From Takakia lepidozioides (taxonomy: Eukaryota; Plantae; Bryophyta), in assembly GCA_030704615.1 (NCBI GenBank), contig CM060731.1:1612001-1676000 (forward strand): 64,000 bases of DNA. Reading direction: 5' to 3'. Made by a program: the position numbers and the translations under genes. Shown here piece by piece: positions 1 through 12,540 of this stretch; within the stretch, counting starts at the first letter, position 1, and every line of letters begins with the position of its first letter. Below the pieces are notes generated by a model. The model saw only the letters and a list, made by a program, of their open reading frames with translations. It ran no database searches and was not told the DNA's origin.

Positions 1-649
1 CTCCGTAGCTTAATCAACTGTTTTGTCTTGGCAGCTCCCTTGCCATGAGTGCCTTGTCTCACTGCATCTCCCTTGGCTGCCCACCATCCGTGGAGTCTTT
101 CTTGCACCATTTTGACCCTCGTTGGCATGCACTTTGCTATGATGCCCCACATGTATTTGCTGCTCCCTTTAATCATCAACATAGTGCTCCAGAGCGAGTT
201 CCTCATTGTTGACTAGTTGACCTTCTCAGCCCTTGGACCCCATTTTCCCTTCTCCCATGTTGCCTCGTCTTTCTGCTTCATCATTTGCTTTACTTGCACG
301 ATGTTGCTTCTTCCCTATAGCTCATCATGTGTTGTGGCTCTTTCCCATGTTGCACTCACTCCCATCACACGTTGTGCAGTTGATAAGACTGAGATGAATT
401 GATGCAGGATAGGGGGAGGGCTTGCTGGTGTATGTTGTCTGATAGGCCCCACGCACAGAGTCAAAGCTGGAAGTCAGCCTTGCAAGGACCCAAGTGAGAT
501 AAGTCTGGTGGGGGTAGCATCTTGGGGGATGGCAGTTAGGGCAATGTGTATCTAGGGCAATATATGTCATAGCAGCGGGTGATGTGCTGCCAATTTTGAG
601 GATAGAGACAGCCTGTAAGCTGTAGATTTGTATCAGTGGTTTCTTCTGA

Positions 650-1915
650 CACATATTGCTCCCAGTTTGCCACAACCAGTTTTGTTTGCGTTTGTAGTGC
701 ATGTGCGAGCCTGCTGGGGAAGGGCAAAGAGGTCCATGGTTGCATCGTCAAAGCTGGAATTGTGGCAGATGTCATTCTGAACAATACCCTTGTGGACAGG
801 GAGTGTTCAACAATATGGCTGAGCGAAGGATAGAGTGTAATGACTGCTAATGAAGGTACCTTTTTCAATTTCACCTTGTTGTCCCCTGTTATCAGAATCG
901 CCCCTAATTATTCATGTCTGAATTCTGCAAGTTAGCTGGTTGAGTGAAGTTTTGATAGTTTGGAGTGACTTTGACATGATTCTGCCAATGTGACAACAGG
1001 AAAGTATCAGAAATAGGTAACACAGACGAGGAGAAGTTGTGGAATGAATACTTTTCTGACCCCAGTCAATGGTGGGACAATCGAGGCAAGAAGGTGAATG
1101 TTTGTTGGATTATAGAGAGTAGCAGATGCAATTGAGCGTAGGAACTAGTGTGATAAGTCGAGTTGGGTGCTTCCTAGAACAAGTCTAGGCTGTCATCGTC
1201 AACTGCTAGCAACAAGGCAAGGTTGTATGCTTGATTCGTGCGAGGCATGGATAGCTGAAGGAGCAAGGATAGAGTGTGGGTGCAGATTCACCCAAGAGGG
1301 CCGGACTTCAAGCTCCAGATTAACTATGAAGCTACAAGAAACCTGCATCGGTAGATGGTCAACTGGCAGCATCGGCACAATTGGTAAAATCAGACATTGT
1401 TAATGAAGGCATCTTCTTCAGCACATTTCAGCCTATTTTTCCCTCTTATCAGAATCGGCCCAAAATTTCCATGTTGAATTCTGCAAGTTAGCTGGTTGAG
1501 TGAATCTAGTTTGGAGTGACTTTGACATGATACTGCTATGTGACAACAGGAAAGTATCAAAAAACAAGTAACAGACATGAGGAGAAGCTGTGGAGTGAAT
1601 ACTTTTCTGCCCCCAGTCAATGATGGGACAACCGAGGGCAAAAGGTGAATGCCTGCTAGCAGACGCAATTGAGCATAAGAACTAGTGTGATAAGCTGAGT
1701 TGGATGTTTCCTAGAACAAATGTAGGTTGTCATTGTCAGCTACTAGCAGCAAGGCAAGGATGAATGCATGATTTGTGCAGGGGCATGGATAGCTGAAGGA
1801 GCAGGGATAGAGTGTGGTCCAGATTCATCCTAGAGGGCCAAATTTCAAGCACAAGATTTATCTATGATTCCCTGTGGATCAATAACTACAAGAAACCTCC
1901 ATGGGTAGATGGTCT
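650..1915 (+). pseudogene. Degenerate PLS-PPR motif followed by two intron-split OSB-type PDF motifs
   Basis: 636..833 reads CSACASLLGKGKEVHGCIVKAGIVADVILNNTLVD (PPR L-type). Exon ~1000-1092 reads EEKLWNEYFSDPSQWWDNRGKK, then GT..AG intron, then IHPRGPDFK...VDGQL, the PDF motif of organellar ssDNA-binding (OSB) proteins. The unit repeats at ~1550-1915. Indels and stops are present. Confidence 0.65.
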
Positions 1916-3458
1916 ATTCCGTGGAACTCACTGAAGTCTTGCATTATGAGGATCAGAACTGCTTGACAGCTTACTTGCACGAGGCCTTGACCCTTAGGCA
2001 ATCCCCAGAGCAGCAGTAGCTTTTGGGCTGCTTTTTTACTTTGTGTTTTTCATTTTGTCCCATAAGCTCTTTGAGCTTTCCGCAGATGTAATAAAGTACC
2101 ATTTTGTTTCATTTCATTCATTTTCATTTCATTTTGTTTCATGGCATGTCTTTCATCGTTTGTGCATTTCTAACGCATGATTAGTTCTCTTGTATGGCAT
2201 TACTAGTCGACTCACTACAAACACCAAAACTCCAAAGCATGAATCACTATGAATGATTGTTCAAGTAATTTTGAGCACTTCATGTAAAGTAGTAAAGCAG
2301 TGGTTGCGCCAACTTCCGCAGTCGCAATTGCCACTTGGGCATGTAGCACTGCAAGTTATGTGGTCTACTACCACGTGGCGCCCCAGGCCCGTGGCCACGT
2401 GGCAGCAGTGCTACTCGTTGTGGCGCCGCCACATCGGCGTCCACATCGTCGTCCGCGTCCGCGTCCATGTGTCACCGCGCTTCGGTGAGTTGGTCCACTC
2501 ATCCGAAGGGAAAAGTCAAAGTCAGCCCAAAAGGTCAGACACACGGGCGGCCCGCCTGGTTACGCCACGTGGTTCTTCAGCATTAATCGCATTAATCGCT
2601 AAGCAGTTGTTCGCGCGTCTGCGTCCTTTACCACTCCAATCATTGGATGTCCAACCCAACTACCACGTCTGTTGTAACTAGTCTGTTGTAACTTCCAGTC
2701 GATCCCAATTTTTTGACTTTTACGACTCAAAATGAGTCGTTACCCCAGTGGTAAATGACACGAATGCTTCTAGTGGGGGTTGTATTCCAAAATAATCTTT
2801 TTTTTTCCGTTTGAATTCGGTTCAGGATGTGCAGAAAGAAAGAGACAGAATTCCATTGCCAACCGTCAGCGAGAAGGTTATTGAACTCACTCATTCGCCG
2901 ACTGAGGTCAGCACACCGACAAGACCGGCAAATATTTCTGCACATCCCCAACCCCCAAGAGTTTCGGATGGTCCTGTGTCAAGAAAACGTCACAGATCAC
3001 AGCAGTCAGCGGCGGTCGTGTCCGAAGATGAAAAAACAACATCTGGCGTTCTGTTATCCCTTCAACATTCACCTGCCTCCAGTGGTAACACGCCTCAAAA
3101 TCGAAGGGTAAATCTAGCAAAGGTAATAAGTATCTCCTTCACTTGGTCCTCTGTCTTATTGGTTCTGGCTTCCTAGTAATCATTTCATATATCATTTACA
3201 TTGTCGACACAACTTTACACAAAGTAACCTCGCGCGATCGCGCGTGGTTGCTGGAAACTCAGAGACTCCCGATTGTGATTTTTGTCTCAAGTCTCAATTG
3301 GGTGTCGTAATGCTGAAAATATTACCTTCGCAAAATATTCCATTTGAAAATCAGGGTATAGAAACTAGGTAAACCACAAAATGCAAGTATGTCGTGGCAT
3401 TTTTTGAGTTGCAAAATGTATTGAAATGCCTAATTTTTGGGTCAGATAACAGAAACTA

Positions 3459-4190
3459 ATGGGCTCTTTTGGATGGTTCGGAACGTTCATTACTCAAGAA
3501 ATGTGTGGTGTCCGGAAACACAAACGCATGTTGCTGGTACTGAGTGTCAATGGACTTTTTTGCTACAAGCCACCTCCTACCGGAGGTGAATTGTTTAAAC
3601 AGAGGTTTCACTTGAGGAAAGTAACAATTCGGGTGCCTGCAAGACCATTTGTGGTTCCAAGACCTGGAGTGCTGGAGTTTTTTCGACTTGCATTTACTCA
3701 TTTTCATGTAGCGATTTGGTCTTGCTCTGAGAGGGATATTGTATTCAAGATGTTAGAGTGTTTCGTTCCTCCGGAAATTATGAAACAATTTCGTTTCATA
3801 TGGTCTGCCGAGCATTGCACAGATATAGCTGGACATATTAAGCCTGGAATGAAATATCTTATTAAAGATATTAAGAGTATTCTCGTAAAATTTAGTGGGA
3901 AAGAATTTGCTAGGTAGGGGAAAATTCTACTGGTCGACAATGACCCATCCAAGGCACTCCGAAACCCAGTGAATATTGGAGTCTTCCCCATCACATTCAA
4001 GAAATCAAGCAATTTGGAGGATTTGGTTGACCTTACCAAAGCTTTATGGCCTTTTCTCTCTGGCTTGATTGGAGCCCAGTCCGTTGTTGATTACGTCGGC
4101 AAGAACTCCTGCAAATCTTCCGGCCCTCCGATAGATCAAAATCACGTCTATTGGTCATGGTTTGGAAGATTTATTGATGCTTCTGTTTGA
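3459..4190 (+). pseudogene. NIF/FCP1-like HAD phosphatase domain with one in-frame stop and a degenerate catalytic motif
   Basis: ORFs 3459..3917 and 3969..4190 share a frame across a TAG. Motifs LLVLSVNG, RPGVLEFF..AF..F.VAIWS, FIWSAEHC and ILLVDNDPSKALRNP fit the FCP1/SCP family. DxDxT is replaced by SVNGL. Confidence 0.7.
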
Positions 4191-6084
4191 CACCCCCCTC
4201 AAAAAGATCCCGATTATCTGGGTACATAGTTTATCATTGCCCTATTTTGTGTGTAGTCCATCAGCTTTACTTCAACCTCCATTTGTACTTATACGTATGT
4301 TGTACTTCACATTTGTACTTCACATGACTTTTGTGAGATCAATGATATTTCAATGATCTTTGTATTTTCTTTAACAATTCCCTTCTGTGCTGCCTCCACA
4401 CAGTTAAATTCCAGTGTCAAGTTCAGAATCAAATTCGACAGGAGAAGAAAGAGGAACGGCAACGTAGAGGCTGAGCGGAGGGACCGCGAGGCTTTATGTT
4501 TGTCAAGGTCATCAAGTACAGCTACCAGTGAGGTGTCTGGTCATATCTTACATCAATCTCCCACTATATCCATCTCCTCGAGTGCACATAATTCCGCCAT
4601 CAGTGGTAACCGACGGCGATCTCGAACATATGCGTTGAGTTTGAGCCGTTTGGGAAGCAACTATGTGTTATTGATGAATTAAACTATGGCCGGCCTGTTC
4701 ATTACACACATACGTTATTTAACTCTGTCAATGTTATGCCAGATCCTTTCGGCTGTAATGTTAGTCATCAAAGTTTGAGAGAAATCACGCGCGATCGCGC
4801 GTGGTTCTTTCATATATCCTCTTGTGGAGCTAGCATGGATAAGCAGTGCCATCAGATGTTATCAAAACAAGTTGACTTCATTGTCAGTTTAAGCAATAAC
4901 TGATCAGGCTGGAGGCTGGAGGAGGTTGGAGGAGAAGAAATTTTCTGATGTTTTCATATTACGATGGGGAACAAGTGACACGATCATCGTCTATGACTGA
5001 ATTCGGGTTCCTATCTCATAATTCAAGCTCCTACGATGGTTATCTCATTTGTTCCTGAGCGGATTGTGAAGCTCTGTTAAAATCTCTCTTCAAATGGATT
5101 GAAGTAATTTTGGCGGATTCGAAATTCCTTCCCTGACAAACTGATGGCACCATTGTGGTTGATTGAAATCTGGATGCACTCGGCTCTTTGGGGTTCTCAA
5201 TGGTGGTAGAGGCAGAGATCTGTCGCGCGATCACTCGTGGTTCGAAAAGCGGAATTCAGCATCGTCCTGGTTCTCCAGCCGACTGCCAAAGTGTTATATT
5301 ACCTCAACAGTGCCACATGTGATTGGTTGGAGTGATGTTTTTTCTATGCTCACGCATTCAACAACAAAAATGTTGTCATTTGAAGATGTGATGATTCTGC
5401 AAGCATAGTGAATTGCTTCAGGTCAGTTACAGCGAGGGAACTCAAGGTATTCAGATAATCCGTCCCGGAATATTTCACACCAACATCCTGGATGATTCAT
5501 TGATGTGTTTCAGAACACGCACTCAAATCATCCAGGCTGATGGTGTCACTTGTTCCTTGGCGGATTGTTCAAGTATCTTATAATCATAGTCTTTAAGTTG
5601 TTTGAAGTCATTCTCCCTGCTTGCATAATCCGATCTTCAACAATTGACAACATCCTCGTGGTGTTTTATTTGGTTCCTATATCCTTCGTTTGGAGATCCA
5701 TTATTCTTTTGAGGAACACCAACGATTAACATCGCGCGATCACGCGTGCTTTTCTAAGAGCTGACCTGTTCTGATGTCCATCATTGCACACCAAAATGGT
5801 GTTACGAGGAGGCAAAATGTCAGCAATTGAACGTCAATCTCCAGCGACATTCTCGTCGTTTTCATGTGGACTGGACGCCAAAGGAGAAACACCGTCGCTA
5901 ACAATCTGTGCAAACAATCTCAACAATCATATGTACTTCAAGGTGCTTGATACTGCGTATGTTCATGTAGCTGATTTCTATAGGAGTCTTTTTGCTATTC
6001 CCATTCCAACAACATCAGGTCCACTGAGACTGCCATATTCCGAAATCAGAATCAGCACTAGAAGGAAAACGCGGAATAACCAAT

Positions 6085-6950
6085 AGCCCCCTTAACCACT
6101 CTTGTCTTTTACCACTCTATAAATCACTCCAAGTAATGGTAACCACTGGCCAGTGGTTAATTCCAATGAAATGCCACAGTGGCATCATATGGAGTGGTTG
6201 GAAGTGGTTTCAACCACTGAGTAATCCACGTGTAATATTTAATTTTATATTTATTATTTGATATTTGGTCAAATATTTGTATTAATAATGATAATATCCG
6301 ACATGGATGGGTACAGTGATAAATTATGAGTGGTTAAAGACACCTCAATGATGGGAAGTGGTTGAAACCATTTTCTACTCCATGTATAATAATTCTTTGT
6401 TTTTAGATTTGTATCATTTCAAAATATAATATTCCACGTGGACGAGGATAGTATACGTAGATCTTGAGTGGTTAAAGACCCCCCAGTGATTGGTACCACT
6501 TGCACAGTGGTGGAATATGAGTGGTTTAAGACCCTTTTGTAACTGGAACCACTCTTCAAGTGGGCACTTGTGAGTAATTACATACACGTGAGTGATTGGT
6601 ACCACTTCTGTGGTGGGTTGTGAGTGGTTGAAGACACCTGAGTGATGGGAGGTGATTGAAACCACTTGCTACTCCACGTGTAATAATTCAATTTTTCGTT
6701 TAAGATTTATCATTTCGAAATATATTTTAAATATGAACTATATTATTCCACGTGGACGGGGACAGTATATGTAGATCTGGAGTGGTTAAAGACCCCCATT
6801 GATTGGTACCACTTTAAGAGTGGTGTAGAGTGAGTGGTTACAGACCATTTACTAACTGGAACCACTCGGCCAGTGGTTACGCGTGAGTGATTACATACAC
6901 ACCAGTGATTGGTATTACTTCTGTGGTGATACATGAAAAACTTTAGTGGT
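6085..6950. repeat. Degenerate tandem repeat rich in GAGTGGTT/AACCACT motifs, probably a transposon subterminal region
   Basis: Many AGTGGTT/AACCACT copies in both orientations. Blocks such as TTCCACGTGGACG..GTAGATCT.GAGTGGTTAAAGACCCCC recur at ~6430 and ~6745. Confidence 0.55.
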
Positions 6951-7286
6951 TTGTGTGTTGATGGAAGACCCAAAATCCATCCATCTATCGATACATTCAT
7001 CCATCCAGTCATGAGTAGAGGGGACTTAGCGTTTTTTTGGTCTTCCCTGCCACTGTGGCATCTGTTTGTTTTCTTTGTGTCGAGTTTGATCGTGAGAGAC
7101 AAACAAGACAGAGATGTGTTTGTTTTCTTATAGTGTCGAGTCTGATCATGAGAGACGATGAGCGGAGCTGGTGGGATAGGGGGCAGACAGGGACTCAAGA
7201 CCTAGAATCGGGGTATGAAGACGTGCACGATGGTGGGACAACCGCGATCGCAAGGTGTGGCTTTTTCTCAATGTACAATGACGAGC

Positions 7287-7785
7287 CACTAGAAGAGAAA
7301 CCGGCTTTTTCCACGGCTTTTTCCACACTTTTTGCAATGGAATCAGCTGCAGTTCACACCTGCCGTGGGTGTAAGAAACAACTAGTGCTGTCGGACACCC
7401 CGTGGACGGCCTGGCTCTCGGGTGGCCATGTGGAAAAGTCCACGGGTGGATTTTTCCACGGGAGGCTTTTTCCATGGGTGGCTTTTTTCACGGGGTGCAT
7501 GGTGACATGGCCACTGACATGGCCGATGGCATAGCTGACATGGCAAAGTGTGAAAAAGGCTAGTGTGGCATGTTTCACGGCGGATTTCACACCTTGAATA
7601 AGCCACTATGCGACACGTGCCATATTTCACACCTTCGACAAATCACTATGCAACACGTGATGTGGGTTTTCCTACAATGGTCCAGATCACACCTTGCCTC
7701 CTCTCATATGGGTGTAAGAGGAGCTGTTCAAAGTGCCAGGTGTGAACTATGGGTGGTGTTGGAAAAACCGGTTTCTGTAGTAGTG
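7287..7785. mobile_element. Short non-autonomous CACTA-like element
   Basis: Left end CACTAGAAGAGAAACCGGCTTTTTCCA. Right end reverse complement CACTACTACAGAAACCGGTTTTTCCA. Repeated TTTTTCCACGG subterminal motifs. No matching 3-bp TSD. Confidence 0.6.
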
Positions 7786-7792
7786 CGGGCGG

Positions 7793-8302
7793 TGTAAAGC
7801 TGTGTCTGACTGTGTCTGGCTGTGATAGACTGTGACAAGCTGTCTACCCCCCTTAAAGCCTGCGCCTGCCACCCCTAAGGCTCTTGTTGGTCTCAGTCTA
7901 CCATTCATAAGTCTGCGCAGAAATTAAAGGTACCCCACAGAACCCATAAAAGCGTCTAAGTCCCAAGCAGCCCTCTAACAATACCTGATTAATCTTAATT
8001 TGATACTTAATCGATACAATCATATTGTGTAGAGAGACATGAGAGAAGCTGTGGAATGAATGATTGATTGATTGGAACTTGGTAGATACTGAAGCAATCT
8101 GATGCTTCAGTATACACAATAAGGTAAATTGATAACATGAAGGCAGGAAGGAATACAAATAGGAAGCACAACCATGATTCACTAGTTGTAGGTCATGACT
8201 GATTGTTCTGAGCGGGCTGAGTGCTTAGAGATATCCAACTCTTCTATCTTGGTGTTTCCACCTCGGATAGCGAAGGGACGGGTGAGTAAAAGCCGCTCGA
8301 CA
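7793..8302. mobile_element. Rearranged LTR fragment of the same family as 41625-42591
   Basis: 7793-7980 resembles the reverse complement of the LTR start (ends CCCTCTAACA). 7981-8302 resembles the forward 3' third (ends GAGTAAAAGCCGCTCGACA). Confidence 0.7.
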
Positions 8303-9290
8303 CACTGCCCTGGTGGACTGCATGTATGCCAAATGTGGGTGCATCGGGGATGCAAATGAAGTGTTTGATAGTATGGCTAAACAAGATGTGGTGTCGTGGA
8401 GTGCGATGATTGTAGGATATGCACAACAAGGGCACGGATGGAGGCTTTGGAGACCTATGAGCAATGATGCGGGAAGGGGTGATTCCCTTTGGAAAAATAG
8501 CTCCAAGAAACCTGCATGGGTAGATGGTCAACTGGAAGCCGCAGCAGCAGCGGCACAATTGATAAAATCAGGCAATGCTAATCAAGGCACCTTCTTCAAC
8601 ACATTTCACTATGTTTTCCCCTCTTATCAGGATCATCCTAAATTTTCATGTTTTAAGAATTCTGCAAGTTAGCTGGTTGAGTGAACCTTTGATAGTTTGG
8701 AGTGACTTTGACATGATACTGCCAAAGTGACAATAGGAAAGTATCCAGAAATAGGTAACAGAGAGGAAAAGCTGTGGAATGAATATTTTTCTGACCCCAG
8801 TCAATGGTGGGACAACCGTCTTGGAAGGTAAATGCCTTTGGATTACAGAGTGGTAGATGCAATTGAGAATAAGAACTGGTGTGATAAGTTGAGTTGGATG
8901 TTTGCTGGAACAAATCTAGGTTGCCATTGTCAGCTGCTAACAACAATGCAAGGATGTATGCATGATCTGTGTAGAGGCATGGATAGTTGAAGGAGCAGGG
9001 ATAGAGTGTCATCCAAGAGGGCCAGATTTCAAGCTCTAGATTACTTATGATTCCCTGTGGAAGGATAGCTACAAGAAACTTGCATGGGTAGATGGTATAT
9101 AGTTTAGAGTGATTTTGACATGATACTGCCAAAGTGACAATAGGAAAGTATCCAGAAACATGTAACAGAGATGAGGAAAAGTTGTGGAATGAATGCTCTT
9201 CTGACCCCAGTCAAGGGTGGGACAACCGAGGGAAAAAAGTGAATGTCTATTAGATTACAGAGAGTAGGAGACGCAACTCAGCATAGACAC
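8303..9290 (+). pseudogene. Degenerate PLS-PPR plus OSB-PDF motif gene fragment
   Basis: 8313..8672 reads [39 protein letters not shown] joined to [18 protein letters not shown]. Further LWNE.FSDPSQWWDN exons lie at ~8770 and ~9180. Confidence 0.7.
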
Positions 9291-10789
9291 TAAGGCAAAC
9301 TCTTCTTCCCTGCAAATGGTGTGTTTTGGTATCTGAGCGAATAAATATAATTTCTAAAAACATAATTTCAATATTTTGTTGTTTAATAATGTTCTCATCA
9401 AGGCCACTGTCCATTTTTCCTATAATAATAATAATAATAATCATCATAATAATAACAATAAATTAAATCCATTAATATTCAAACTTAATATTGGAAATCA
9501 ATTAATAATTAATTAATGTGTATCACCACACATGAACGAAGGTGTTACAAATTTCACACTCGAATGACACCCATACGGTCAACGGGTGTTGACCAAGATA
9601 ATGCATATGGGGCATTTGACATGAGTGTGAAATGAGTCATGGAGTGTGAGGTTAGTGTGAGATGTCCTACAGGAATTTGGGGCAACTATATGGCGTGGCA
9701 CATTGACCATCCAGGTGGAAGATAGATGGATGAAATGACTTCCACCTCTATTCAACATGCCTTGGACGACATAACACATAGACTTTTGTTTAGAGAATTT
9801 AAAAGTTCAAAAAGGTTATTAGGGTTATGGGGTCTGCATGTAGAGGGCTGTGGGACTTGTAGTTTTTCTTTGCTAGCTCGTTTAGAATCTGAATGCCCAC
9901 CAGTGCAGGCCATCCATTTAAGTTGATGCCAAAATGCATTTTCATCCAAACATCAAAGCTCTCAAAATAGACAACCTCAAGTAAAATGAGAAGGAGATCG
10001 GCAGAACTGAAAGGGCATAGAATTCTCTTCAATATTGAACACTGCCTGCAACTATTGGCTATAACTTGCCCTCTGTCATGTCACATATAATCCCTTCGGA
10101 AACCAGCAATCCAAAAAGATGCACTGCTCATGCAGCTGACGACAATATCGTTATGAGAATGTCACACTATAATCAACAATGTACAACAATTGCTTTGAGA
10201 AGCTATAGATAAAACTACCACATGTCGTCTCAGAGATTTGTGAGCACCAAAAATGTCAACAAATGTCTGTCCAGTCAACCTTGACACGCAGTTCGGGACA
10301 CGCAGCAGAGAGGCGTAGGCGCATGTGCACAACAACCCTAGGCCCCTCACAATGAGACAGTCTGAAGCTGAGTTGAGCACGAATTTCAATCTCTACTAGT
10401 CCAACCGTACTAGAGAAATATCTAGTGATCCTCAAACAAGGCTTTCTTCACCACCTTACAAAAATTGTTCCCAATGACTACCTCCCTGTCCACATTGTTG
10501 CTTGATGTCAAGAAGCTTGGACAAAGTGCCTTGCTCTTTGTGACTGGCTCCCTTTTTGAGACAGCAGGGTGTTTTTTTTACGGGTGTACTTCACTCACAA
10601 CCGTCTTTTTTACACTGCGTCCGGGATATCAATGATCGCCCCAGCCTGAATTTTGCCCCACCCTATCAAGCGCCAGTGTTTTTTAACTAGTGCTTTTCAA
10701 CTCGTCTGCTGAGGGCCCCACTTTCTCCCCTCTACTAGTACATGTCAAAATCACTCCAAGAGCCATAGTGTTGGAAAACTGCCTTCGCA

Positions 10790-12540
10790 TCCTTGATGCT
10801 CCCACATTTGGCATACATGTCCACGAGGGCACTGTCCAGAATCACAATCAGGTACAATTCCAGCTTTGACAATGAAATTATGGACCTCTTCCCTTTTCCA
10901 GAGCTGCCAGGCTTGCCCTTCATGCTGACACATTTGGCATACATGTCCACGAGGGCATTGTCCAGAATCACATCAGGTATAATTCCAGCTTTGACAATGA
11001 AACCATGGACCTCTTCCCTTTTCCAGAGCTGCCAGGCTTGCCCTTGATGCTCCCACATTTGGCATACATGTCCACGATTGGCATACATGTCCACGAGGGC
11101 ATTGTCCAGAATCACAATCAGGTACAATTCCAGCTTTGACAATGAAACCATGGACCTGATCGGAACCTTTTCCAGAGCTGGCACGCTTGCCATTGATGCT
11201 CCCACGTTTGGCATACATGTCCACGAGGGCATTGTCCAGAATCACAATCAGGTACAATGCAAGCTTTGACAATGAAACCATAGACTTGATCTTCCATTTT
11301 CCAGAGCTGGCAGGCTTGCCCTTGATGCTCCCACATTTGGCATACATGTCCACGAGGGCATTGTTCAGAATCACATCAGGTACAATTCCAGCTTTGACAA
11401 TGAAACCATGGACCTCTTCCCTTTTCCAGAGCTGCCAGGCTTGCCCTTCATGCTGACACATTTGGCATACATGTCCACGAGGGCATTGTCCAGAATCACA
11501 TCAGGTATAATTCCAGCTTTGACAATGAAACCATGGACCTCTTCCTTTTTCCAGAGCTGCCAGGCTTGCCCTTGATGCTCCCACATTTGGCATACATGTC
11601 CACGAGGGCATTGTCCAGAATCACAATCAGGTACAATTCCAGCTTTGACAATGAAACCATGGACCTGATCTTCCCTTTTCCAGAGCTGGCAGGCTTACCA
11701 TTGATGCTCCCACGTTTGGCATACATGTCCACAAGGGCATTGTCCAGAATCACAATCAGGTACAATGCAAGCTTTGACAATGAAACCATAGACCTGATCT
11801 TCCCTTTCCCAGAGCTGGCAGGCTTGCCCTTGATGCTCCCACATTTGGCATACATGTCCACGAGGGCATTGTCCAGAATCACAATCAGGTACAATTCCAG
11901 CTTAGACAATGAAACCACGGACCTGATCTTCCCTTTTCCAGAGCTGGCAGGCTTGCCCTTGATGCTCCCACATTTGGTATCCCTAAAGCATGGACCTAAT
12001 CTTCCCTTTTCCAGAGCTGCCAGGCTTGCCCTTCATGCTAACACATTTGGCATACATGTCCACGAGGGCATTGTCCAGAATCACATCAGGTACAATTCCA
12101 GCTTTGACAATGAAACCATGGACCCGATCTTCCCTTTTCCAGAGCTGCCAGGCTTGCCCTTCATGCTGAAACATTTGGCATACATGTCCACGAGGGCATT
12201 GTCTCGAATCACATCAGGTATAATTCCAGCTTTGACAATGAAACCATGGACCTCTTCCCTTTTCCAGAGCTGCCAGGCTTGCCCTTGATGCTCCCACATT
12301 TGGCATACTTGTCCACGAGGGCATTGTCCACAATCACAATCAGGTACAATTCCAGCTTTGACAATGAAACCATGGACCTGATCTTCCCTTTTCCAGAGCT
12401 GCCAGGCTTGCCCTTGATGCTCCCACATTTGGCATACATATCCACGAGGGCATTGTTCAGAATCACATCAGGTACAATTCCAGCTTAGACAATGAAACCA
12501 TGGACCTGATCTTCCCTCCTCCAGAGCTGCCAGGCTTGCA
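10790..12540 (-). repeat. Tandem array of about 14-15 copies of a 125-129 bp unit derived from one PPR motif
   Basis: CACATTTGGCATACATGTCCACGAGGGCATTGTCCAGAATCAC recurs at ~125-129 bp spacing. The minus strand reads EVHGFIVKAGIVPDVILDNALVDMYAKCGSI with a frameshift in the unit. Confidence 0.9.

Noticed and set aside
2213-7785. One large CACTA element starting at CACTA 2213
   Set aside because: The right end at 7785 matches the TIR at 7287 far better, and there is no TSD or extended match for 2213.
9300-10735. Possible decayed coding sequence or DNA-transposon remnant
   Set aside because: No recognisable motif in any frame and no confident termini.
11533-12288. 251-aa plus-strand ORF and similar ORFs in repeats or antisense to TE genes
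   Set aside because: By-products of tandem repeats or antisense frames, with no independent coding evidence.
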